Source: the human T2T-CHM13v2.0 reference genome, Homo sapiens. From it: a DNA stretch of 64,000 bases. The notes beneath the pieces were generated by a model. The model was not told the DNA's origin, did not search any database, and saw only the letters and a program-made list of their open reading frames with translations. How positions within the stretch are numbered: the stretch's first letter is position 1; the number at the start of each line of letters is the position of its first letter. Shown here one piece after another: positions 13,641 to 36,010 of the stretch. The position numbers were made by a program, and so were the translations under genes. The stretch lies in NCBI RefSeq assembly GCF_009914755.1, contig NC_060944.1. One strand, given 5' to 3'.

Positions 13641-15444
13641 GTCAATTCCTCCTATTTTAATGTAAACACAATATTGTGAGTTCAAATCTTATTAACTGCC
13701 ATAGTTAGAGGGATCGGGTGGTGTCCATATTTCCCTGCCAGAATTTATAGGTTGCAATGACACATGTGTCAACTTATTATTATAAGGAGTCTTATCCTCT
13801 GTGAGTAGATTTTCATAATTTTTCTTAGTATTTCTCAACTCATTACAGTTCTGTAGGCAATTGTCATGCTATATACAGAAAAGCTAGAGAAGTACTTGAT
13901 AATTTGTCTAAAGCTTAGCAGATTCTTTGACTCTTCTAGCCTACCCTGTGGCATGTTCTGATTCAACTGTACTTTTGGCTTCTGGGTTCCCCCAAATCAC
14001 ACCTTATCATCTAAATCTACGATATTGAACATTTTAAACTCCAAGTGCTCATAAGTAAAAAATAACTTATACATACCGTCTATAAAATAGATTTATTTAT
14101 AAATGATATGTATGCACTTCTGTACTAATGCAATCCATACATTTTAAAACATGGATTACAAAATAAACATAAATAAAAGTGCTCATATTTTCCTTACATA
14201 TTACAGTAGATCATCTTGCACATCCCTTGGTGTGCATTTCTTTTGAGATATAATGCTTCTCCTGTTGAAAGTTGTATGATGGTGGGGAATGAATGAGGCA
14301 GAGCAGTTGATGCTAGAAACTATCATTGCTTTGTTTTAAATTGTTAAAACTTCTTTATAAGGCTATACATTGGCCATATTTTTGCTGTAGCAGATTCTTT
14401 TACTCTCATTTTACAGGCAGCCAAATCAGGCTTCTTTACTTTGCCAACAAGAACTGGAGGGAACTGGGCTCTTGGCTGAATGCCAGCCAACACTTTTACT
14501 AGCTTCATGTTTTTGTTACCAAACATTACATCGTGTCCTTTGAGATTTACAAAGTTGGCTTCGATCCCCAGACTGAATTCTGTGCAAATTTTCTTGCCCT
14601 CTCTAAGATTTCCACAAGTTCCACAGAAGGTTTATATCCCCATGGTTACCTCTCCCTTCACTTTCTCATTGTGAAATTCTCTATCTTGTTTACTTCTTGC
14701 TACCCTGCAGGGGTTCTGTCCTCTCACCTTGAACCTACCCAGGAGAGAAACATGGGTCACCAGCATAGGAAATGACTATAATAGCTGGAAGAGCTATATC
14801 ACACTGCAGAGGAGCAGATATTTACAAATAAATATTACTTATCTTCTCATATTTATTCTTAAATATTCTCCCAGTCTTGAGCAAACTTTGTTTCAAAGAG
14901 GTGAATTGCAGGACAAGGGAGGCCAACATTAGAGTTGTGCAATAGCACTTCAAATAACAATTGTTGATCCTTGTGTCACTATACCAATATGCCATAATCG
15001 TGACGTGTGATACAAGTAATTTATTCATAACAGACTATGACTAATACATATTATTACTAAATCAGAATGGAATCAGGGCTACTCTCATAAAAATGTCATT
15101 TTCACTTCCTTGAATTGTTATACAAATTACAGAGTAGGAGAGAAAGTGGTAGCATTGCAACAAGTGTGCTGGGAATGGTGCATAAAACTGGTGTATCTCT
15201 GAGAGTTGCCCCATATGTGAACTTTAACCATGCTTAAAGCTTCAGCAAGAAAATGTTAACTCTCACTCATTTAGACCAATGAATCTCCAGTATGGTATCC
15301 ATAATCAATGAGCAAGTAAGTTGATTCAGTGGGTCAAAAATTAAATATTATAACTTATACTAATACTTACTTTTATCTCATACTTTAAAATTTATCTTTC
15401 GTTTGCATGTAAATGTAAAAATACATGCAAAAGTTTTAAAACAC

Positions 15445-15980
15445 AGCCATAAGTTATTTGACATTTTTCTCATCAAGATTTGGGTCTATGTTCCCTCCCC
15501 TTGAATTTAAACTTTTGTATAAATAGAGGGTGGCCAAAGAGATGCTATGTGACTTTCAAGGCTAGGTCATAAAAGGTGATGCAGGCTTCACCTTGTTTAC
15601 TGGAACACTTGCTCTTGCAACCCTGAACCACTATGTAATGAGTCCAAACATCCTGAGATCCCCATGCTGTGAGGGAGCCCAACCTACAAGGAGAGTTCTC
15701 ATGTAGGCACTCTGGTCCATCACAAATCCCAGGTGAACCCAGCCTAAGCACCAGACATGTAAGCAGAGAAGCTTTCAGATGATCCCATACTTCAGCATTT
15801 TGAGTCACTTTCAGCTATTTGAGATTTCCTGTTGAAACTCCAGCCATTATGGAACCAATGCAAAACAACCTCTGTCCACATTTCTGACTCAGAGTACATG
15901 AGCATAAAAAAAAAGTTTGTTGTTTTATGCTATTAAGTTTTGTGGGTTTTTTTAATGCAGCATTAGATAATTTAAAATCC
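15445..15980 (+). mobile_element. MaLR solo LTR (MLT1F/G-like), apparently within a hAT/Charlie-like remnant
   Basis: MLT1 motifs (TTCCCTCCCCTTGAA, GGCTAGGTCATAAAAGG, TAAGTTTTG...GCAGCATTAGATAA). Confidence 0.75.
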
Positions 15981-16712
15981 AAACAATATATCAATATATT
16001 AGTACATTTAAACAATTTACAGATAGATTTACGTTGTTACAGTGTATACAAAACAAATTTTACTGATGGAATGAGAGCAGGATCAAGATAGCAGAGAGTG
16101 AGCCAGGGCGTATGGAAACTAAAGGTAGACAGGAAGAATGTGTAAACAGATGGGCTAATGTGATCCAAAAATAGAGCTGAACATCAGATAGGAAATAGTA
16201 TATTGGCTAATCAGTAATCATAAATCAAATTGGCAAATGCAAGAATCAAAGACGTGACAGAGATTAGGTAAAACAAATCCAATTGCATAGGTAGAGAATT
16301 AGGTAACAGATCTCAGAGACTTTCAGGTGACCTAGAGACAAAGGCAAAAATTCAGTGCTGCCAAGAGCTTACACACACTTTCTCTTAGAGTAGAAACAAA
16401 CTTCAGGCTTGTGAAGCAGTGGAAGCAAGTGAATAAAAGCACCACATTGAAACAAAGATTGTAGAGGCAGCACTGAGAAGGCTGGCAGGTAAGGATTTTC
16501 TCGACCAGGGGTAACCTGTTACTTTGTCTTAGGGCTCTGCACATTTCCTTGAAAGTAATGAGATATAATTCATTGATCCTACACTCACTCCATCAGTAAA
16601 ATTTATTTTGTATACACTGTAACAATGTAGATCTATCTGCAAATTATTTAAATGTACTAATATATTGATAGATTATGTTGTTTGAATTTTAGATTAATGT
16701 TGCATTGAAAAA
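15949..16712. repeat. Inverted repeat, arms 15949-16086 and 16573-16712
   Basis: Core 101 nt align with 9 mismatches after reverse complementing. Confidence 0.93.
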
Positions 16713-16714
16713 TA

Positions 16715-17540
16715 CCATAAAATACATATCATAAAATTTTACCTATTAAGAAAGTATGTTTTAATAGGTAAAAAAAGTTATGATGTTTGCATAACTTTGT
16801 GAATATACTAAGAAGCACTGTTTTTGTTGTAGTATATTCACGAAGTTATGCAAATATCACCACTCTCTAATTCCAGAATATTTTCATCATCCCTAAAAGA
16901 AACTCTATCCATTAGCAGTGACCACAGTCTCTCCTCCCAGCTCCTACCAAACTCAAATCTACTTTCTGTCTCTTACAATTTGCCTATTCTGGACATTTCA
17001 TTATAAATAGAATCATACAACATGTGGCCTTTTGTGTCTGGCTTCCTTCTCTTAGCATACGGTTTTCAAGGTTTATCCATGCTACAGCAGGTATCAGTAC
17101 TTCACTGATTTTTGTAGTTGAATAATATTCTATTGTACTACATTTTGTTTATCTGCTCATCAGTTGATGGAAATTTGGGTTATTTCCACTCTTTGGATAT
17201 TATAAATCATACTTTTATGAATATTTTTGTACACATTTTTGCATGAATATATGTTTTCAATTATTTTGGCCATACACCTAGGAGTGCAATCGCTAGATTG
17301 TATGGTAACTTTAACTATTTGAGAAACATTCTGTTTTTCAGAGGTTGAAAATTTTACATTCCCACCAGCAATGTGTACAGCTTTCAATTTCTATACATCT
17401 TCACCATTTGTCACTTATTATTATCTATTTTTTAAAATTATAGTCACTCTAGAAGTTGTGGTATCTCATTGTGGTTTTGATTTGCATTTCTCTGATTAGC
17501 TAATAATATTGAGAGTCTGTTCATGTGCTCATTGGACATG
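16715..17540 (-). mobile_element. L1MB-like 3' end
   Basis: Typical L1MB 3'UTR/ORF2-end antisense sequence. Confidence 0.8.
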
Positions 17541-19749
17541 ACTAAGTTAAGTTTAATTTAGCTTTTGAGATGTATGTTTTGTACAGCAGGTGATAAAATT
17601 AATGTATGAAAGAACCATGTCTGTTTTGCTCACCTTTCTTCCCTAATGCCTGGTGCACAGGAGAGCTGTGTCTATTCACTGACTGAGAAATTGATAAGAC
17701 AAATGAGTGAATGGACAGGCATCCTCCTTTATAATGGTAAAGGAACTCAAAGTTGCTCATCATTAATGGTGTGTGAAAAGAATAAAAGATTTTGTCATTT
17801 TGTCTAGATTCACTTTTTCTTGAAATTCTAGCTCAGGGTTTCTTTCCAGTACAAAGGATACAACCTTTAGGAATTACACAATGTTCTGTGTGTCCTTAAA
17901 CTGGTCAGTCTTTCTCAACATATTTCAATAAAGGGAGAGAAATTTATCTCAAACATTGTCAAATACGACAGGGTTGTTTGCTGTGGCAAATGATCCCCAG
18001 CTACAACATTATCATTGTGTGTTCACTCTGGGATCTGCCACACTTGGCCATAGAGCCCAGAGGGGGTTATAGTCAAAGACTCACCTATTTGGTGCTTGTT
18101 CACCCACCATCTCCCATTCAGTTAAACCTGGCGAATATCCCACAGAAGATGCTTAATATCATTGAGAGACAGCTGATTTAGGTCTACAGCTGGCCTGTCT
18201 CTATTACAGATTTCTTGCTTTTATACCACAGCGTGGATAACCCACATGATCTGTATTTTCAGCATGAAACAATATTCAAGAATATTGAAAATGATTCAGT
18301 CAAAGAGATGACCAGTTCTTACTGGAGGACCACTTTCTTTTTATCATGGCTATTGTAATAAATGGCATTCTTATACATTCTTTGAAACAAAGGATTAAAA
18401 ATGATCTTTTCTTCATGCCCACCAGCAGCAAGAGTTACCTGCTTGCCCTACATTAAAACAATAATGGATAGTACCAGGTTGTTCACTCTTTTACTTTTAA
18501 AACTTACTGCAGCCTTCAAAAGCTTTTTGCTCTTTGATAGAATATTTCAACGTGATCAGAAAGACCACCTTGCTTTGAGATGAAGTTTAGGCTTTGTCTT
18601 TTGAGAAGTATACCCAGCAAGATGGTAAAGCCAGAAAACTGCAGTTGTTGAGATTTAATGCATTGAGTTTGTTTTTCTGTTGAGCAGTTGTTATATAAAG
18701 CCACTCTATTAAGCCAGGAACACTGGAGGAACTGGTTTATCTTTGACTTTTGAATTTTGGGGAAGTTCCAATTTCCTACAACTTTTAATCTTTCTATGTT
18801 GCTGATTTGTAGGAAGTCATGTTGTTTCATTATCACTTGAGATATTAGTATCTATATATTATGAACATGAGCCTGAATCCTCCAAACATTTTTAAAAAGA
18901 TGCCAGCATATCTAATATGAAGTTGAACTTGCTACCTCTTATATTGTTTTTCCCTATAAACACACAGAATAGTGGATACCCATGCATTTTCCAATACTGC
19001 CTAGTGAATTGCAGGGTGTTCTTTATATAATCTATCAGCAGTAAAACATCCTGAAACATGTAGTAATTGCTTAGGTCAAATAATGTAATATATCTTTGAT
19101 GCGCTGAAATAGACAATGAAGAGTACTAGCTTTTCAGTGATGCCTAGGTGGAAATATACTTCCACAAATTTCTGTTGAGGCCATGTCTGAATGGGTTCAC
19201 TGAGGGGAGACAGAGTTACATACCATGTATGTTGAGAAAAACTCGACAGTGTTAGCTTTCTGCTACTAGCGCTTCATGAACTATTACTATTATTTTTTTT
19301 CCAGTGGACCCTTATTGGAAAAATCTCATGTTCACATTTTCCTGTAGGAGGATTTAGCACTGGATTGGATCAATGTCTTTAGGGCTCATTGATCTAGAGT
19401 TTTTCAATGATTAAAAGAATAGTTTTCTGTCATGCTTATGGTGGCTAAGAAATTACATTTGACTATAAGAGTTGCTTTATTTTTTCACATTCTATAAAGT
19501 CAGCTGGCACTCAATAGTACTTTGGAACAGTGACTGGATATTTGCCAGTGATCTGATGATGACATAGTGGAATCAGAACATTTTGATACTCCTTTGTTTG
19601 GGATTTCATCTTCAAACTCCATCAATCAACATGTAAAGAAAAAGATGGAAATTCACATTCACAATAGCTTACTTTCAACTGGCTTGTACTAGTATCTATT
19701 AGAATTTTTAAAATGGTGTCCTATAACCTTCTCTCAAGAGATGCTTAAG

Positions 19750-19957
19750 CTAATGGTATGCTTGGACCAGCTCACACTGTCTTGCAAAGCCAATTGGATG
19801 CATCTCTTCATGACTAAGAATTCACTTACTTCAGGTTGGCAACTTGCAGTCACCAATGGATAGAGCATTAACATAATAGAAATTGGCAAATGCTACAAAT
19901 CAGGGTGCTACTTTCCTCCAGAGTGTTAGTTGTTAAACATTTAGTGGTCCATCGCTG
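19750..19957. mobile_element. Old hAT-type MITE remnant
   Basis: Resembles MER-type DNA transposon sequence; family not determined. Confidence 0.45.
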
Positions 19958-20204
19958 ATTATACCACTTGTTTCTAAGAAAAACTATTAGGAGAGGACCT
20001 AATGCATGACATTGTGATTTGTGTCATATGACCTTGGTAATCTGCAGTCCTAATTTTGATCCCTCTAGACACTAAGGCAAGTATTCAAGTACGAGTAATT
20101 TTTTGGGAGTTTAGACAACAGCAGCTGGGGACTTGGGAGCTGAGGCTGGGAACAGAAAGCAACCAACACAAGATTCATTCTTAAGTCAGCTACCAAGGTG
20201 GGCA

Positions 20205-26712
<6,508 letters not shown>

Positions 26713-27059
26713 GGAATAACACAACACACTCATTTTTTTATTGATTTCAAATATGAATCTCTTTCAATTTATCCAGATTTTGGTGAGCAGTGAGGCTTTT
26801 GGGAAGACAACATATATTTTAATTTGGCAATGGAAATTGCCCCATTTGTCAATGGAAAATTGTTGTTATAATTTCTGTGGTTATTTCTACTAGTTCTCAA
26901 TTTCCCACCCCCAATTTCTGTGTTATCTTTCTGAGTCTTCTATTATGTAAATATTGTCCCTCCTCAACTGACCCTTGATGATTTTAACTTTCTTTTAAAA
27001 TAATTTTTCTCTTTTTTTTCCCTTTATATTTGTGCTATTAGTTTGGGCATTTCATGGTG

Positions 27060-27707
27060 TCTTCCTAAAACAATAGCCACAGAGTGAGCCAGGTTTAACA
27101 TAAGTCAGATTAGAACATTCTTCGTGCAAATCTTCCTATTTTTCTGAGAACCAAAACCAAAGTCCTTGAATTCACCTATGAAACCCTTCATGATTTGCCT
27201 CTGGAACCTCTCTGGCTCCACTTTGCACTACTCTCACCCTCACTCATTCCACTCTAGCTATACAGCCTCTTTGCTCTTTCTCCAGTGCCCCAGCACACCA
27301 CTGCCTTATGGATAAATTCTGCACAAGGTGTTCCCTCTCCCTGGAACTCTATTTCCCCTATATACCCTCTTGATCCCACTCCCTTGTTTCTCTCAAATCT
27401 TTATTTGTATCTTAATTTCACAATGATGCCGACATGATAGTGCCATTTAATTCCAAAATCTGCCTCCTTCCCCAGTATTTCCCATGTCCATTTCCCTGCA
27501 TGTTTATTTGTTGCCTGCCATACTCTGATTTTCATTTGTTCATTATGTGTGTGTTTATTGCCTGTCCCCTGCAGCTAGTAGGTCAGTTCTGCAAGGATGT
27601 GATTCTGTGTCTGTGTTGTTCATTTGTATAACTCACGCCCCTTGTACATGGTACTAGAACAAGGCACATAGTAGGTATTTGATTAATATTTGTTGAATGA
27701 ATGAATA
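27060..27707 (+). mobile_element. L2 3' end
   Basis: CT-rich body ending AATATTTGTTGAATGAATGAAT. Confidence 0.75.
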
Positions 27708-29044
27708 ACTTTTTGTCCTAGGAAATGAAATTATTTGTTTTACTTCTGACTCTTTAGTTAAACGTATTCAGTAATTCTATTTCAAATGTACATAAACTAT
27801 TTTTCTTGAATCGTTTCTTAATTATAGCTTCCTATTTTGTTACAGTTGCAAAATTATTTCATATTACTCTGAAAATTGTAATTAGAATATTTCAAAGTTC
27901 ATTTTTCCTTAAATTTTCTTAAGAGAAAAGGTTAATTTAAATGTAAATTTCTAATTTATTTAGTCCTTTTCATTTTAAATTAGATATCAATATGCAATAA
28001 TCAAGACTTGTCAGTGCTAGATACTTAAATAAAATTTGCTTAAGCAAAGAAAGAATTCTTTCATTCCCCGCTGATGTACTAGGAAAGTCCATGGGTATAT
28101 ATGTCTTCATGTATGTCTGAATCATGTATTTCACTGTCTGTCTTTTGGATAAGCTCTCTTCTCATGGTTGGCAGGTTGGCTACCAATAGCATAAGATTTT
28201 CATCTGTCAATGTGCTAACTTCAGGGTTATGTGGGAGTTTTTTTCTGTTAGTTGCAGCAGAATAATTTCAATGCAGATCCTGAATGGCCTAGCTTGAGTC
28301 ACATGACTAATCTTAAGCCAAACCTTGTGACCAAGTGTTTGGGATTCTCTGCTTTTTCAGGCCTGGGTCTCATGTTCACAAGGTAGAAAGAGGTAAGTGA
28401 TGAACAACCCCTGCTAAACTACATGGATTAAGTTCTCCAAAAGGAAGAGATATTTTTATTACTTTAAGAAAGGGTAGGCAAAAACTGTGCATCAGACATA
28501 ATCTTTGTGCATTTTAAGAGTTGAAAACAATTCTTATTTTTGGATCAGATATCTTTAGTTGTAATGCTAGATAAGGATACAGAAGAGCTTATCTTCGGGG
28601 ATAGCTACTCAAATACAACCAATTAACTATTTTATTAATTACTATTTCAACTAATAAAAGCAATATACAGGATCTTCAAACTCCTATCTGGGAAGTTATT
28701 TATTATTCAATAGAATCATCAGGATTCCACTAACTTCATGACTTAATATTTGTGGTCTATCACAAATACTGATTGCTGAATATGAGATTAAATTTATATA
28801 ATTAGATGTTCAAGGTATTTGTTCTTATTTCTTTTTTTTATTATACTTTAAGTTTTAGGGTACATGTGCACAATGTGCAGGTTAGTTACATATGTATACA
28901 TGTGCCATGCTGGTGCGCTGCACACACTAACTCATCATCTAGCCTTAGGTATATCTCCCAATGCTATCCCTCCCCACTCCCCCCACCCCACAACAGACCC
29001 CAGAGTGTGATGTTCCCCTTCCTGTGTCCATGTGTTCTCATTGT

Positions 29045-32894
<3,850 letters not shown>

Positions 32895-32950
32895 TTAGCT
32901 CGTTATTTTGCTCGTTAGTTGATGCAGTTTCTTCCTAGTCTCGATGGTCT

Positions 32951-33967
32951 TTACATTTTGGCATGATTTTGCAGCAGCTGGTACCAGTTGTTCCTTTCCA
33001 TGTTTAGCGCTTCCTTCAGGAGCTCTTTTAGGGCAGGCCTGGTGGTGACAAAATGTCTCAGCATTTGCTTGTCTGTAAAGTATTTTATTTCTCCTTTGCT
33101 TATGAAGCTTAGTTTGGCTGGATATGAAATTCTAGGGTGAAAATTCTTTTCTTTAAGAATGTTGAATATTGGCCCCCACTCTCTTCTGGCTTGTAGAGTT
33201 TCTGCCAAGAGATCCGCTGTTAGTCTGATGGGCTTCCCTTTGAGGGTAACCCGACCTTTCTCTCTGGCTGCCCTTAACATTTTTTCCTTCATTTCAACTT
33301 TGGTGAATCTGACAATTATGTGTCTTGGAGTTGCTCTCCTTGAGGAGTATCTTTGTGGCATTCTCTGTATTTCCTGAATCTGAATGTTAGCCTGCCTTGC
33401 TAGATTGGGGAAGTTCTCCTGGATAATATCCTGCAGAGTGTTTTCCAACTTGGTTCCATTCTCCCTGTCACTTTCAGTTACACCAATCAGACGTAGATTT
33501 GGTCTTTTCACATAGTCCCATATTTCTTGGAGGCTTTGCTCGTTTCTTTTTATTCTTTTTTCTCTAAACTTCCCTTCTCGCTTCATTTCATTCATTTCAT
33601 CTTCCATCGCTGATACCCTTTCTTCCAATTAATTGCATCGGCTCCTGAGGCTTCTGCATTCTTCATGTAGTTCTCGAGCCTTGGTTTTCAGCTCCATCAG
33701 CTCCCTTAAGCACTTCTCTGTATTGGTTATTCTAGTTATACATTCTTCTAAACTTTTTTCAAAGTTTTCAACTTCTTTGCCTTTGGTTTGAATGTCCTCC
33801 CGTAGCTCAGAGTAATTTGATCATCTGAAGCCTTCTTCTCTCAGCTCGTCAAAGTCATTCTCCGTCCAGCTTTGTTCTGTTGCTGGTGAGGAACTGCGTT
33901 CCTTTGGAGGAGGAGAGGCGCTCTGCGTTTTAGAGTTTCCAGTTTTTCTGCTCTGTGTTTTCCCCAT
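32951..33967 (-). pseudogene. L1 ORF1p, disrupted
   Basis: Full 1017-nt span from ATG GGG AAA, but nonsense codons at codon 49 (TGA, 33821-33823) and codon 113 (TAA, 33629-33631). The C-terminal 225 codons are open. Confidence 0.93.
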
Positions 33968-34269
33968 CTTTGTGGTTTTATCTACTTTTGGTCTTTGATG
34001 ATGGTGATGTACAGATGGGTTTTTGGTGTGGATGTCTTTTCTGTTTGTTAGTTTTCCTTCTAACAGACAGGACCCTCAGCTGCAGGTCTGTTGGAATACC
34101 CTGCCGTGTGAGGTGTCAGTGTGCCCCTGCTGGGGGGTGCCTCCCAGTTAGGCTGCTCGGGGGTCAGGGGTCAGGGACCCACTTGAGGAGGCAGTCTGCC
34201 CGTTCTCAGATCTCCAGCTGCGTGCTGGGAGAACCACTGCTCTCTTCAAAGCTGCCAGACAGGGACATT

Positions 34270-34480
34270 TAAGTCTGCAGAGGTTACTGCTGTCTTTTTG
34301 TTTGTCTGTGCCCTGCCCCCAGAGGTGGAGCCTACAGAGGCAGTCAGGCCTCCTTGAGCTGTGGTGAGCTCCGCCCAGTTCGAGCTTCCGGGCTGCTTTG
34401 TTTACCTAATCAAGCCTGGGCAATGGCGGGCGCCCCTCCCCCAGCCTCGCTGCCGCCTTGCAGTTTGATCTCAGACTGCT
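34270..34480 (+). promoter_or_regulatory. L1 antisense promoter region, oriented toward PLCB1
   Basis: Corresponds to about nt 400-600 of the L1 5'UTR, where the antisense promoter is known to lie; CpGs retained. Confidence 0.65.
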
Positions 34481-34731
34481 GTGCTAGCAACCAGCGAGAC
34501 TCCGTGGGCGTAGGACCCTCCGAGCCAGGTAAGGGATGTAATCTCCTGGTGCGCCGTTTTTTAAGCCCGTTGGAAAAGCGCAGTATTCGGGTGGGAGTGA
34601 CCCGATTTTCCAGGTGCCGTCTGTCACCCCTTTCTCTGACTCAGAAAGGGAACTCCCTGACCCCTTGCGCTTCCCGAGTAAGGCAATGCCTCACCCTGCT
34701 TCGGCTCGTGCACGGTGCGCGCAGCCACTGA
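34423..34731 (+). CDS. L1 antisense ORF0, intact with C-terminal extension (102 aa)
   Basis: GCA-ATG-G start; MAGAPPPASLPPCSLISDCCASNQRDSVGVGPSEPG... matches primate L1 ORF0; internal donors after 34528 and 34613. Expression at this locus unknown. Confidence 0.7.
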   Translation: MAGAPPPASLPPCSLISDCCASNQRDSVGVGPSEPGKGCNLLVRRFLSPLEKRSIRVGVTRFSRCRLSPLSLTQKGNSLTPCASRVRQCLTLLRLVHGARSH

Positions 34732-34852
34732 CCTGCACCCACTGTCTGGTGCTCCCTAGTGAGATGAACCCGGTACCTCAGATGGAAATGCAGAAATCAC
34801 CCGTCTTCTGCGCCGCTCACGCTGGGAGCTGTAGACCGGAGCTGTTCCTATT

Positions 34853-34863
34853 CGGCCATCTTG
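34853..34863 (-). promoter_or_regulatory. Intact YY1 site at the L1 5' end
   Basis: CAAGATGGCCG on the minus strand. Confidence 0.8.
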
Positions 34864-35539
34864 GCTCCTCTCTTCATTCTTATTTCTATAAACCCATGCT
34901 AAACAAAATTTTTCCTCGAGGACAATAATGTCTAAGTTGCTGATAACTGTCAGAAACAAACACTATAACTAATTCATTTTAAATCAGTAAAGAGTAAAGC
35001 AAGTAACATAATAACATAACATGATAGTAATACTTCTAGTAGTAATAACTTTACTGTTAAATATTCTTAAATATTTCAAAATATTTTCACTTGTATCATC
35101 TAATCACTGCGTATCTCATTTCATGAAAATTGACAGGAAAACTGAAGGTCACTGTGAGTAAATATAACATTTATACATACCACCACATAGCTTTTATCAT
35201 ATTGTACAAGATATCTTTGTTTTTATCTCTATCTCACCTGTTAAGATTAGGAGCTAGATGAAGATGAATATCTTGTATTACATTTTTTTTTATTTGCAGG
35301 TCCTAGCCAGTGCCTGGCATAGATCAGATGATTTTTCCCAAAAAAAGTTTTCAAAATAGAATTTAGTTGTCTGTGGTCTCAAAGCTAAGTCACATATGGC
35401 AGGGATGAAAACCAAGTTCTTGTGCTTTTCAATACAGCATGTAGATTGCTCTTTGAAATGCAATCAACACATCACATCTGCTTTTAAATAAGTGAACACA
35501 AAAGCCTGGAGTGGGTCTAGTGAGATGCCATCCAACAGA

Positions 35540-36010
35540 GTGTGCATCAGGGGTCTTGGCAGGAAGCAGATGACACATTCAAGCTGGGTGATTGATGAAG
35601 GTTGATAAAAGAACTATTACAAAGTTTAGAGTGAAAAAACAAGGGATGCAGGACCCTGCCTGAGCCACATAATAACATCAGGGAGCTACTACCACTCCTA
35701 AACCTGAAGAAGTGAAAAGAAGTGGCTCCCAGAACCTGTGGAGAGAGCTGTGAGGGCAACTTGACTGGAGCTTGACAGTAGATAGGACCAGCAGATTTAC
35801 TGAGATCCAGCCGGCAGGGAGCCAAAGGAATAAATACTCTGACATCACACTCCTTCCTTCCTCCCATCTCATCCTGATGTACCCTTTGGCTGAAGCCACC
35901 AGAAGAAAGAGAGCAAGGTACCCCTGGTACCTTGAGATATTCATTCAGCTTAGCATCCCAAAGGCTAGGGCAGACAGCAGGGTAGAGAAGGACGGGGTCA
36001 ACAGAAGACC
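35540..36010. mobile_element. Old ERVL-type LTR remnant
   Basis: Resembles the LTR40/41/33 group by eye. Confidence 0.45.
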
